A stretch of DNA of 64,000 bases from Candidatus Bathyarchaeota archaeon (lineage in GTDB: Archaea > Thermoproteota > Bathyarchaeia > 40CM-2-53-6 > RBG-13-38-9): NCBI GenBank assembly GCA_963807605.1, contig CAWECG010000003.1, positions 103,243 through 167,242 on the forward strand. The letters are read 5' to 3'. The number at the start of each line of letters is the position of its first letter. Position 1 is the first letter of the stretch. A program made the position numbers and the translations under genes. The notes beneath the pieces are model-generated. The model was not told the DNA's origin, made no database searches, and saw nothing but the letters and a program-made list of their open reading frames with translations. Of the stretch, positions 1-9,038 are shown one piece after another.

Positions 1-182
1 TCCAGAGAGACCCTGATATAGATCTCCGGAAGTATTCCGTTGATCTCGCATGCATCCAGAGAGTTCTCGACTAACTCTCTTATTGTTGAGTATATTGCTC
101 TGGAAGGATTTGTGAAGCCTGCGATGTCTCTGTTACGGTAGAAGAAGTCCGAGGGGCTAATTTCCTGAAAACTCTCAGCCAT
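1..182 (-). CDS. top6B: DNA topoisomerase VI subunit B, N-terminal fragment (gene runs off the window edge)
   Basis: Not in the ORF track because there is no stop in the window. Reverse-strand ATG at 182 gives MAESFQEISPSDFFYRNRDIAGFTNPSRAIYSTIRELVENSLDACE..., the conserved Top6B N-terminus with the Bergerat-fold motif ELVENSLDA. Confidence 0.75.
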   Translation of the reverse strand, partial: MAESFQEISPSDFFYRNRDIAGFTNPSRAIYSTIRELVENSLDACEINGILPEIYIRVSL

Positions 183-234
183 GGAATGCGTCACTTGTTG
201 TGAACCAGAGAATGACTGGACTGTAGCTTGACAC

Positions 235-813
235 TCACTTTCGCGCTGGCTCCCACAGTTCAGTTATCTTCTTTATCTTCTCTTCGTGTCGGCGTCTTCT
301 TAGAAGCTTGTAGACAGTTGAGTGTTGTTTTCCCTCTATAAGCATCATGATCGCTTCTCTTACCGTTGAGACAGACTCGAAGTCACCTATCATCGATATC
401 GTGTGGCCGTAGATGGAGACATTTGTCTTCGTGAGTTCTTCAAGCATATTTCTGGTTTTGCCCTGTCGCCCGATCACTCTTCCTTTGATTCGAGCAATGT
501 CACTTTCACTCTTTCCAAATATCTCTCTAAGATCTACGACGTCGAGGATCATATCTTCCTCTTTCAGCTTGAATGCCCTCTCAGGAGAGAAGCCTCTTCC
601 AATTGCATTCACAACATCTCGAACCTGCAGGAGGGATGCGGCATCGCCATCCTGAGGAGCTGAGATTATCTCTACGATCCCGCTTTCACTGTCCACATTC
701 AAGGTGACCTTGAATATTCTCTCAATAGTCCCTTTGACCTTACCTTCCTCGCCGACGAGCACGCCAACCCTATCCTGGGGGATGATTACGTTAAACTTGT
801 TCTGCACCTTCAC
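235..813 (-). CDS. KH-domain RNA-binding protein (archaeal Dim2/Pno1-like)
   Basis: Two KH-like modules (GRVIGRQGKTRNMLEE). Sits in the conserved archaeal eIF1A-Rio1-KH gene order and overlaps the rio1 stop. Confidence 0.75.
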   Translation of the reverse strand: MKVQNKFNVIIPQDRVGVLVGEEGKVKGTIERIFKVTLNVDSESGIVEIISAPQDGDAASLLQVRDVVNAIGRGFSPERAFKLKEEDMILDVVDLREIFGKSESDIARIKGRVIGRQGKTRNMLEELTKTNVSIYGHTISMIGDFESVSTVREAIMMLIEGKQHSTVYKLLRRRRHEEKIKKITELWEPARK

Positions 814-1597
814 CAGTCACCTGTCTATAGAGGACATCGGGACTTGGAACGTCCGCAATTCTTGAAAAATACTTGCTTATGGTTGAGAGGTCCCGTCTCA
901 AAAAAGTGCCGGACATAGGGTGGTCCAGCTTGACCGCCTGAGAGAAGTCAAAAATCACTGGATGATTCTTCCAGAACATTATGTTATACTCGCTCAGGTC
1001 TCCATGGACGAGTTGAGCTTTCTGATAAAGGTTCGCTACGCCATTGACTATCTCCTTGAGGGTCTTATTGGGATCCTTCAGGAGTGCCTCTCTCAGAAGA
1101 GGAGCTGAAACCCCCTTAACGCCGATAAACTCCATGAGGAGGACGTTCTTTTCAACAGCCACTACTTTTGGAACTTTGACTCCCGCATCTCTTGCCAATC
1201 TTAGATTTTCGTATTCCTTCTGGGCCCAGAGGTAGATTAAGGATCTCGTGTCTCTGCTGACCCGTTCGAATCTGGGATCCCCCTGCAGATACTTCTGCAT
1301 ACCCCGCTTGAACTCAGCGGATGTTGTCAAGTAGATCTTAACGGCAAGCTCGGCGCCTTTAGATCCATTTCCCCAGTATATTCGTGACTCTTTCCCTGAA
1401 CTTACAACTCCAGAGATATCTTGCAAGTACCCCCTGTTTAGGAGGCTGTAGACGGTCATCAGCGTAGGTCTATCAAAGACTTCCTCAAGAACCTTCAATT
1501 GTTCGCTTCGCTTTACGCGCATCCGCCTCTCGACGTCATATCTTCTCTCTCTGAGTTTGAGTCTCTCTCGCACCTTACTCTTCGAGGAGTCACTCAA
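791..1597 (-). CDS. rio1: RIO-type serine/threonine protein kinase (Rio1)
   Basis: RIO kinase motifs (SSGKESRIY, LVHGDLSEYNIM, IFDFSQAV), 268 aa. Confidence 0.85.
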   Translation of the reverse strand: MSDSSKSKVRERLKLRERRYDVERRMRVKRSEQLKVLEEVFDRPTLMTVYSLLNRGYLQDISGVVSSGKESRIYWGNGSKGAELAVKIYLTTSAEFKRGMQKYLQGDPRFERVSRDTRSLIYLWAQKEYENLRLARDAGVKVPKVVAVEKNVLLMEFIGVKGVSAPLLREALLKDPNKTLKEIVNGVANLYQKAQLVHGDLSEYNIMFWKNHPVIFDFSQAVKLDHPMSGTFLRRDLSTISKYFSRIADVPSPDVLYRQVTGEGAEQV

Positions 1598-1606
1598 GCT
1601 TTTTCC

Positions 1607-1915
1607 CTATTGAGCAGGAAGGTAGCCGCGTTGCCTCAGGGTTTCTACTTGGCTTTTAGTATAGCGCCAGAGGATGTCTCCCCGTTCGTTATACTGGAAG
1701 TCCCAAGGTTCTACTAGGACAGCGTCGCCCATCCTAACCCAAACCCTTCTCTTCATCTTTCCTCTGATTCTGCAGAGTCTCTCAAAACCATCAGGACACT
1801 TGACCCTGACCCTGTCAAAGCCTAACAGCTGTGAGACGAACCCAACAACCTGCCTCGGACCTGGAACGACGAGTTCTCTAAGTTCTTCCTCACTGATTAC
1901 CTTCTTCTTTCCCAT
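1607..1915 (-). CDS. eif1A: translation initiation factor aIF-1A
   Basis: 102 aa S1-like OB fold. The sequence FDRVRVKCPDGFERLCRIRGKMKRRVWVRMGDAVLVEPW is typical of aIF1A. Confidence 0.9.
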   Translation of the reverse strand: MGKKKVISEEELRELVVPGPRQVVGFVSQLLGFDRVRVKCPDGFERLCRIRGKMKRRVWVRMGDAVLVEPWDFQYNERGDILWRYTKSQVETLRQRGYLPAQ

Positions 1916-2134
1916 TACAGATTCTTAGACTCCGTTTTCGCGTAGTCGAGATTTAGAATGCTGAAGCTGGTTATCTTGAATTCAACAGTGCAAATAAAGG
2001 TTTGGCTAAGTCAAGAAATAATTCGGGATCGCGAATCAATGAGCACGTTGAAATCAATCCTAGCCAAGCAATGCACGGTGTATTGTTATCACTGAGGGCT
2101 ACGGATCCGCGTCGAGACGAATTAGTGACCTAGC

Positions 2135-2434
2135 TTAAAGTCTGACTATCTGGACGTGCGGAACTCCAGCTATGTAGATTACGGCCGCCGGATCCACAAG
2201 ATCGTTCTCGACTGCTACCTTCACCGCATTCTCTCCTACAAGGTTCCCAGAGTCTGCTTTCGAGAGAGCTTCGGCAACCTCATCTGCATTTGCTAGCTCC
2301 CCTCCGTAGAACTGGCTTGTGACTTCAAGCTTCAGTCTGCCCTCTCTCAACGTCTTGCCTATTAAGTCCATGTCACATACTGTGACCAGAGTGTACCTAC
2401 CTTTAACATATTTCTTGAGATAGACCTTCTTCAA
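2135..2434 (-). CDS. DUF424-family protein
   Basis: The motif VTVCDMDLIGKTL...GE is typical of DUF424, which is commonly found downstream of aIF2-beta. The track ORF starts at GTG 2479 inside aIF2-beta. I prefer TTG 2434, 12 nt past the aIF2-beta stop, giving MKKVYLKKY... Confidence 0.6.
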   Translation of the reverse strand: MKKVYLKKYVKGRYTLVTVCDMDLIGKTLREGRLKLEVTSQFYGGELANADEVAEALSKADSGNLVGENAVKVAVENDLVDPAAVIYIAGVPHVQIVRL

Positions 2435-2445
2435 TATCTCGCTCT

Positions 2446-2859
2446 CTAGACGGGTCTTATAGGTGATTTTGCGCCACACGCCTCACATGATAGCGTGGTG
2501 ATCCCGCCTGACTTTTCTATCTTTGTATCTGGCCTCTTACAGATAGGACAGATAACATACTTCGCCACGTAGATGTGTAGGAGATGAACTATCGAATCCC
2601 CTGGAAACTTTCCCTTGAAGAATACCCGCTGACCGTCGTAGGTTCCCGCTGTGGCCATCTCCTTGGATAGGAATTTCAATATGTGATTAGGATCTCTATT
2701 CAATCTCCGTGACAAGTCGGCGAAGTTAGCTATCATGGTTCTGGTCCTACCGAAGACCATAATCTCAGGCTTCGGCTCCTCGAAACGCTCTCCGCTGATC
2801 ATTCTCTTCGGAATCTTCTCGAGCGCTTTGTCTAGACTCTTAAGATATTTCTCAGACAT
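2446..2859 (-). CDS. eif2b: translation initiation factor aIF-2 beta subunit
   Basis: 137 aa with the C-terminal zinc ribbon CPICKRPDT...CEACGA and the conserved central aIF2-beta/eIF5 domain. Confidence 0.9.
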   Translation of the reverse strand: MSEKYLKSLDKALEKIPKRMISGERFEEPKPEIMVFGRTRTMIANFADLSRRLNRDPNHILKFLSKEMATAGTYDGQRVFFKGKFPGDSIVHLLHIYVAKYVICPICKRPDTKIEKSGGITTLSCEACGAKSPIRPV

Positions 2860-3036
2860 ATCCTGCCGTCACCGATAGTCACAGAAGAAGATCTAGGTGA
2901 GATATTTAAGTTGAAATCTCCTCGAGAATTGATCTTGCTTATAGTTTAACAATTCTCTTCAGAGAATCTTTTAATCCGCAGACGTAATCTCTTAGGAGCG
3001 AATCTCATCTGTCGAGGTGAGACCGGTGGTATTGCA

Positions 3037-4710
3037 GTGGGAAGATGGATCGTAAACGCAGCTTGGCCCTATGTCAACTCCGTCCCTCACCTGGGAACTT
3101 TTATCCATCTCCTCGCGGCGGACGTCTTCACCAGGTACCTACGTCTGAAAGGCGAAGACGTCATTACAGTCACAGGATCAGATGAGCATGGAACACCCAT
3201 AGAGGTGGAAGCCCTCAAACAAGGCATAGAACCTAGACAACTAACCGACCACTACCACAACCTGATATTGGATTTGCTTGAGAAATACTCCATATCATTC
3301 GACAACTATACCCGAACAGAATCGCCAACCCATATCAAATTCACCCAGTCCTTCTACCTCAAACTCTATGAGAACGGCTACATCTTCAAAAAAGAGGTTG
3401 AACTTCTACACTGCGAAAAATGCGATCGGTTCCTCCCAGACCGATTTGTGCAAGGAACCTGCCCATTTTGCGGGTCCCAAAATGCACGTGGAGACCAATG
3501 TGAAGACTGTGGAAGAGTTTTAGACTCCACTGAGCTAGTGAATCCGCGATGCATATTCTGCGATTCAACACCTACTGTCAAGTCTTCCCTCCACTGGTTC
3601 TTTGACCTGCCGAAGTTTGAAATAGAGATCAAGCGATACCTCACTGAGAACAGACAACTCCCAGACAACGCCAGGAACTTCTCACTGAGATGGCTTAAGG
3701 AAGGGCTGAAACCTAGGGCACTGACACGTGACAATAAGTGGGGAGTTCCGTCCCCCTTTCCAGGATCCGAGGGGAAGACTATCTACGTCTGGATGGAGGC
3801 TGTCCTAGGATACATCTCAGCCTCGATAGAACTAGGCGAGAGAAAGGGCAATCCAGACCTCTGGAGAGATTACTGGCTGAATGAATCGACTAAGAACGTT
3901 CATTTCATTGGGAAAGATAATATCCCCTTCCACACAATTATACTCCCAGCTCTCCTTCTGGGCAGTCCTGAAAAATACATCCTCCCTTGGGAAGTCTCCT
4001 CAACAGAATTCGTACTATACGAGGGCCAGGGAAAATTCTCTAAGAGCCGGCGGATAGGGGTTTGGATTGATGATGCTCTAAGAATAGCTGAGTCAGAGTA
4101 TTGGAGGTATATTCTGATCGCCATGAGACCAGAGGCTAAAGATGCTAACTTCACGTGGAAAGAGTTTGAAAGACACATAAATACGGAGCTAAACGACATA
4201 TTAGGGAATTTCATACACAGGACGCTGACATTTGTCAGGTCTAATTTTGGCGGTCGTATTCCAGCGGTAGGGGAACTCTCCTCATCGGATAGAAGTCTAA
4301 CTGAGAGAGTCTACGAGAGTCCTTTGACTGTAGGTCGCCTGATGGACCATTTTAGGCTCAGGGATGCGTTGGCCGCAGTCCTTGAGTTAGCCAGATCTGG
4401 AAACGAGTATCTAAGCGAGAGGGAACCATGGCATTTAATCAAAACTGACAAGCAAGAGGCTGCTACCGTAATCAATTTGTGTAGTCAATCCGTCCGATCA
4501 CTTGCGATTCTCTTGTATCCATTTATGCCCCAAACCGCGAATGCGATCTGGAAACAACTAGAGGCTGGAGGGAGACTCGAAGAGCAGCGTTGGGAGGATG
4601 CCGGAAGCCTATTACTCAACCCAAACCACCCGATTGGCGAGTCTCGACCACTTTTCCATAAGGTAAACGCCAAAGAGATAGAGAAGATGTGGAACTCAGC
4701 TACCCCCTGA
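3037..4710 (+). CDS. metG: methionyl-tRNA synthetase
   Basis: HIGH-type motif (VPHLGTFIH), KMSKS-type motif (KFSKSRR) and CxxC/CxxC zinc knuckles (CEKCDR...CPFCGS...CEDCGR...CIFCDS). GTG start. Confidence 0.9.
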   Translation: MGRWIVNAAWPYVNSVPHLGTFIHLLAADVFTRYLRLKGEDVITVTGSDEHGTPIEVEALKQGIEPRQLTDHYHNLILDLLEKYSISFDNYTRTESPTHIKFTQSFYLKLYENGYIFKKEVELLHCEKCDRFLPDRFVQGTCPFCGSQNARGDQCEDCGRVLDSTELVNPRCIFCDSTPTVKSSLHWFFDLPKFEIEIKRYLTENRQLPDNARNFSLRWLKEGLKPRALTRDNKWGVPSPFPGSEGKTIYVWMEAVLGYISASIELGERKGNPDLWRDYWLNESTKNVHFIGKDNIPFHTIILPALLLGSPEKYILPWEVSSTEFVLYEGQGKFSKSRRIGVWIDDALRIAESEYWRYILIAMRPEAKDANFTWKEFERHINTELNDILGNFIHRTLTFVRSNFGGRIPAVGELSSSDRSLTERVYESPLTVGRLMDHFRLRDALAAVLELARSGNEYLSEREPWHLIKTDKQEAATVINLCSQSVRSLAILLYPFMPQTANAIWKQLEAGGRLEEQRWEDAGSLLLNPNHPIGESRPLFHKVNAKEIEKMWNSATP

Positions 4711-4714
4711 CAAG

Positions 4715-5359
4715 ATGGAAGAGATGTTACTCAGGATAGATACCCACGTTCACACAACAAATTCCCCAGATGGATCAGTTGAGGCTGGGCAGATACCTCA
4801 GGTACTTCGGTTGAAGAGGTTAGATGGAGTAGCTGTCACGGACCACGACAGATTCTTTGATCAAGAGATCAAAGGGATAATTGTCATCCCAGGGATCGAA
4901 GTGAGCACCAAACAGGGCCACCTCCTCGGGTTGGGAGATGTGGGCGAAATAAGCACTGGGCTGTCTGTTGATGAGACTGTAAGGATCATTCACGGCAGAG
5001 GTGGTGTAGCAATACTCGCTCATCCTTATGATGTTATTCGGGGCGGTATTAGGCCGTCGCAGGTCACTGAAAGGCTTGATGGAATCGAGACTATCAACTC
5101 GAAAGCCCATCCTTACAGCCTCTCAAAACACCTTGCTGAGAAAGCTGCTAAAGAATTGAGCGTCCCAATGTTCGGTGGTAGCGACTCGCACACGCTTGAG
5201 ACGATTGGAGATGCATATACCTGCATTGAGTCAAGATCTGGATCAGTAGTGGATATTCTCCATGCGATGAATACGGGGAAGGTTTACGCGCGTGGCGGCC
5301 CATCAGGAGGCATCAAGCAGTTGAAACGCGTTGGAGCCGGGATCAGACGCAGACTCTAG
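4715..5359 (+). CDS. PHP-domain metal-dependent phosphoesterase
   Basis: N-terminal IDTHVHTTNSPDG, later AHP and GGSDSH motifs typical of PHP (histidinol-phosphatase-like) domains. Confidence 0.7.
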   Translation: MEEMLLRIDTHVHTTNSPDGSVEAGQIPQVLRLKRLDGVAVTDHDRFFDQEIKGIIVIPGIEVSTKQGHLLGLGDVGEISTGLSVDETVRIIHGRGGVAILAHPYDVIRGGIRPSQVTERLDGIETINSKAHPYSLSKHLAEKAAKELSVPMFGGSDSHTLETIGDAYTCIESRSGSVVDILHAMNTGKVYARGGPSGGIKQLKRVGAGIRRRL

Positions 5360-5617
5360 GCGAAGTGGAAGAGGGATGTCGCGGGACGATAGTTCAGTAC
5401 TTAGCGCTCGCACTCGACTTCGCAGAATCTTGACTTGTTCAGGATTGCAGACATTACCTAGATGTCGCTTCTGTTCGAGGCATATCCAAAGCTCTCAAAG
5501 TAGACTGCTTTGCATCCCTACTCCCATATGGTGTATCGACGGAGTCCCTAGCTTTCTCAGAGCCGATTCCACGCCGCTGCAAGTAAGCTTTCAAGTGGCA
5601 AATACTGGTCCAGTGCC

Positions 5618-5911
5618 CTAGCGGATTCCTCCGCCGACTGGTGGGATGATGGCAAAGGCGCATCCATCATACAGGGGGGTTTCAGTTCCATTGATCATGG
5701 CAATATTCTTCCCATCTATGAGGAAGTTAAGATTGGGCGATATCTCCTCTCTGCTTTTGGCAAAGATGTAATCGCAGATGGGCGCTCCGTACCTTTCGGA
5801 TAATATGCCGAGAAGATCTCTAACTGTGGCTCTCTCAGGCACCTCGAAGGTCTCTTCACTCTTTCCCACTATTTCTCTCACACCAGCAAAGTATCTTACC
5901 TTAACCTTCAT
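5618..5911 (-). CDS. MoaD/ThiS-family ubiquitin-like small protein (SAMP-like) with a residue tail after the Gly-Gly
   Basis: MKVKVRYFAGVREIVGK...IIPPVGGGIR is a beta-grasp MoaD signature. I place the start at internal ATG 5911 rather than the track start at 5956. Confidence 0.65.
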   Translation of the reverse strand: MKVKVRYFAGVREIVGKSEETFEVPERATVRDLLGILSERYGAPICDYIFAKSREEISPNLNFLIDGKNIAMINGTETPLYDGCAFAIIPPVGGGIR

Positions 5912-6045
5912 GGGAGAAACCTGGCGAGACCTTCTTTCACCATTTTGTGGTGACAATCTAATAAATCAAGTGTCTACATAACAGGATTTGTAGGAATCAA
6001 AGATCTTAAAGTAAGAATCAGTGAAAAACTAAAGGGGTTGGATCA

Positions 6046-6846
6046 TTGGTCACGGCAGGGAGGAGGATAGATCCGTCTGCAGTAGTGAGTGAGTCAGCAA
6101 AGGTCGGACTAGGTTGCTGTATTGAAGCGGGAGTCGAGATAATGGGTGGCGCAAAACTTGAAGACTCTGTATGGTTGGATTCGAATGTTACCATCTACGG
6201 AGACGTTACCATCAAGGAGTCGGCCTATATTGGGAAGGGCTGTATTGTAGGTCACCCAAAACGGCAAGATCTCAAGAAGATGATCAAGAGCAGGGTAAAG
6301 GAGGTGGCCTTCTCCGGGCGTTCAATTCTAGGAAGGAGATCCACCATGAGATCAGGCTCAATAGTTTATTCTGATGTGGCTGTTGGCGACAATGTGGAAT
6401 TAGGTCACAATGTAATAATCCGAGAGCAGTCAAGTATAGGAGATAACTCGTTGATTGGAACCAATGTTGTAATTGATGGCGAGACAACAGTAGGGAAAGG
6501 TGTCTCCATACAAACGGGTGTATATATTTGCAGAAGATCAACGATTGAAGACTTCGTCTTTCTCGGACCCTATTGCATATTCACAAACGACAAGTATGCG
6601 ATGCAGAGAGAGACGGACCTCAAGGGGCCAATTGTTAAGAAAGGTGCCAGCATAGGAGCCAACTCAACACTAATGCCCGGAGTGACTGTCGGTGAAGGTG
6701 CAGTCGTTGGGGCCCACGCTGTTGTAACAAGGAATGTCCCAGCTGGGACGATGTTCTTGGGAGTTCCCGCACGTCAAGTGAAGAGAGTTCCTGAGGGTTG
6801 GAGGTCACTCCTGGAAGAGCGGCACCGGAGAGCAACTATTCTCTAA
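6046..6846 (+). CDS. hexapeptide-repeat (left-handed beta-helix) acyltransferase
   Basis: Repeated [LIV]-G-x-x-x-x hexapeptides throughout (IGKGCIVG, VGDNVELG, IGDNSLIG, VGKGVSIQ, IGANSTLM, VGEGAVVG). TTG start. Confidence 0.7.
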   Translation: MVTAGRRIDPSAVVSESAKVGLGCCIEAGVEIMGGAKLEDSVWLDSNVTIYGDVTIKESAYIGKGCIVGHPKRQDLKKMIKSRVKEVAFSGRSILGRRSTMRSGSIVYSDVAVGDNVELGHNVIIREQSSIGDNSLIGTNVVIDGETTVGKGVSIQTGVYICRRSTIEDFVFLGPYCIFTNDKYAMQRETDLKGPIVKKGASIGANSTLMPGVTVGEGAVVGAHAVVTRNVPAGTMFLGVPARQVKRVPEGWRSLLEERHRRATIL

Positions 6847-6877
6847 TGCAACTGAGCTTGGGTTTCCTACGCGGAGA

Positions 6878-7261
6878 CTAGGCTTTCTCGACCTTGATTC
6901 TCTCTCCATCCTTGACCTTATTGAAGACTCTGGCATCGCCAACGATTCTTCCGAAGACATTAACAGAGCTTGCGGCCACAGGTTTGTTGCCGCTACTTGC
7001 GGGTGTTTTTCCGAAGAATATGCAGAAACAATTTCCAGCGGGCCAGTATCCGCAGTCACCCACCTCAACCTCACACTGTCCCTTCTCGTCACTGACATTT
7101 ACTGGAATACTGAAGTAGACTTCCTCGCCCCACGTACTTGCTCTGGACTCAAAAGGAAGACTATCAAGTATAGCCTTGGCGGTTTTAGGGTTCCTCTCGT
7201 CAAGTACTTCGGCCTCAACGTAGCCGGTACTAGGAGTATGGATTTTTATTCTTGTCGACAT
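6878..7261 (-). CDS. cyclophilin-like superfamily protein (TM1367-like)
   Basis: The pattern ...NPKTAKAILDSLP...W GEEVYF...GD.GYWP.GN.FCIFFG is characteristic of the cyclophilin-like family. ATG 7261 is preceded by GGTGA (7267-7271 on the + strand). Confidence 0.55.
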   Translation of the reverse strand: MSTRIKIHTPSTGYVEAEVLDERNPKTAKAILDSLPFESRASTWGEEVYFSIPVNVSDEKGQCEVEVGDCGYWPAGNCFCIFFGKTPASSGNKPVAASSVNVFGRIVGDARVFNKVKDGERIKVEKA

Positions 7262-7494
7262 AAGATTCACCAATTCACCATTTTGGTTTCGGAAATATAT
7301 AAGACTGTAACATGTGTTGACCAGGCCCTTTTTTCCTTGGAGCTGATCGAGCTCGGATCCTCAGGTGTGAGGTAGTGTTCCACGGTGAGAGCGTAGCAGC
7401 CAAATTTCTGACTTTAAAAATGTCTCGATTACTCCGCCACCATTCTTGAAAGAGAACTGTCAGGGCTCTGCCCACTTCAAACCCTCAATTCTCC

Positions 7495-7506
7495 TTAGCG
7501 CGCGAA
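7495..7506. repeat. alternating-GC palindromic element TTAGCGCGCGAA
   Basis: Read directly from the sequence. Lies 2 nt downstream of the stop (7508-7510) of the minus-strand gene 7508..7831. Confidence 0.9.
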
Positions 7507-7507
7507 G

Positions 7508-7831
7508 TCATTTCTGGCCTTGTGGAGGGGTAGGTCTGACCTCCACCTTCATGACGTTTTCCTTATCTTGTCCTACTATTCTCCATTTGGCTTTCACGAG
7601 AATATCAACATCTTTCTCGATTTTTGATGAAGCCACAAAAGTTCCCGTTGCACGCCCTTTGGGATCAGTCTTGACTTTTTCAGCTTCCATCGAGCCCGCA
7701 TCTTTCGGCTCAACCTCGAAGGATATTTCTACGCCCGCGATACCTCTCCCACTCTCCTGTATCTCAATAGTGAATACACTCTTCTCTCCAGGGCGTATCG
7801 TCCGGGGTTCTCTCATCATAGACCAATTCAA
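7508..7831 (-). CDS. hypothetical small beta-rich protein
   Basis: 107-aa ORF with no family motif recognised and uncertain start (TTG 7831 or ATG 7819/7816). Same strand as, and immediately downstream of, the small aromatic ORF. Confidence 0.4.
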   Translation of the reverse strand: MNWSMMREPRTIRPGEKSVFTIEIQESGRGIAGVEISFEVEPKDAGSMEAEKVKTDPKGRATGTFVASSKIEKDVDILVKAKWRIVGQDKENVMKVEVRPTPPQGQK

Positions 7832-7924
7832 TTAAGAGTCACCTACAGATCTCCATTCCCTCCAGTTCTGGAATATAAAAAGAAAGTGCCAGCATTCGTA
7901 ATGCTGACTACGATGGGCTAGGTC

Positions 7925-8077
7925 TTAGCACCAGAAGGGTAAGAACGGATAATAAAAGGGCGTCGGGGAGCAGTAGTAGGGAATTGGGTAGTAGCAGGAA
8001 GACATCCAAGGATAAGCCCACATATATGGCATAGTCCACGTGTACGGCCAACATCCTCCGAATGGATAAACGAACAT
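7925..8077 (-). CDS. 50-aa Tyr/Trp/Phe/Pro/Cys-rich peptide with no charged residues (hypothetical)
   Basis: Below the ORF-track size cutoff. ATG 8077 is preceded by GGTGA with a 5-nt spacer; TAA stop at 7925-7927. Translation by hand: MFVYPFGGCWPYTWTMPYMWAYPWMSSCYYPIPYYCSPTPFYYPFLPFWC. Confidence 0.35.
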   Translation of the reverse strand: MFVYPFGGCWPYTWTMPYMWAYPWMSSCYYPIPYYCSPTPFYYPFLPFWC

Positions 8078-8268
8078 CACAATCACCTACAAAACATGGA
8101 GTGTTCCCGCGTATTTTTCAAGGTTTCTAAAACCGTCAAACAATAAAGCAATGAAGGGGGCTACATCATATGTCAAATCAAGAGCTTTAAGCGACGGTTG
8201 AGGATTCAACTTAGCCGTGACAGAAACCGCTAAGGGTATCTTGTTGGCAACTATTTGGTGAGTTGACG

Positions 8269-8832
8269 ATGGTAGACTTTAGAAGAATAGGAGATCATCA
8301 CCTGAGAAGGCTGGCTTCAGACTATCCTGAGTCGGCCAGCTATCCAGGAGCTTTGGAACAGAAGATCTTGATCATCTGGAACTTTCTTACCGAGAGATCT
8401 ACAAGCTCCATTGAAGCTTACGGTATTGAATTGAAAGAAGGCGCCAAGAAGGAGCTTGAGAGGAGGCTCGAGGAGGAGAGACGTCGAAGGGCTGAGTATG
8501 AAGCCAAGGAAGCAAAGAGAAGGACTGCTCTAATAAAGAAACTGAACCGCTGGCTAATGGGAATGGAAGATCCCATATCACTCATAGAAGAGACAGGACA
8601 CCTCCAATGGAAATGCCCAGTTTGCGGCAACAAAGCAAAGTTCGACCTTAAGGACTACATCGATGACGTATCGAAGGGGAAGTTGGCGCTTATAACCTGG
8701 TCTTGCGCAGGGAAGGACGTAGTTGAAGGCCCGAACCACTGGGGATTGACCCGCGAGATCAGGCTCGCCCAAGGCGAGGAGATAAGCAAAAAGATACTCG
8801 AAGGAAGGCGAAAGTCAAGCGCGGAACACTAA
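8269..8832 (+). CDS. hypothetical protein with a charged coiled-coil segment and a CxxC zinc-ribbon-like motif
   Basis: ATG 8269 is preceded by GGTGAG (8257-8262). Contains KELERRLEEERRRRAEYEAKEAKRR followed by WKCPVCGNKAKF...WSCAG. Confidence 0.45.
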   Translation: MVDFRRIGDHHLRRLASDYPESASYPGALEQKILIIWNFLTERSTSSIEAYGIELKEGAKKELERRLEEERRRRAEYEAKEAKRRTALIKKLNRWLMGMEDPISLIEETGHLQWKCPVCGNKAKFDLKDYIDDVSKGKLALITWSCAGKDVVEGPNHWGLTREIRLAQGEEISKKILEGRRKSSAEH

Positions 8833-9038
8833 GCAACCAAATCGATACCGCCTATCGGGACGCTTAGAGTCGGTTTTACAGTCCAGGGATCTTCAGTCTA
8901 TAGCAGTTATCAAAGATTGATCCACCCTGTTTGGCCATCGAGTTTCCAAAAAAAACGACCTCCAAAACAAGATATATTAGCAAGATATTCTGTGTAAGCC
9001 TGCAACCAATATCAAGATTGGATTCAAAGTGACGTGTC

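Noticed and set aside
5360-5617. Possible tRNA/ncRNA in the 258-bp convergent spacer (GCGGGACGATAGTTCAGTACTTAGCGCTCGC...).
   Set aside because: Only a D-arm-like AGT/ACT pairing is present. There is no T-arm consensus and no foldable anticodon stem, so I found no support.
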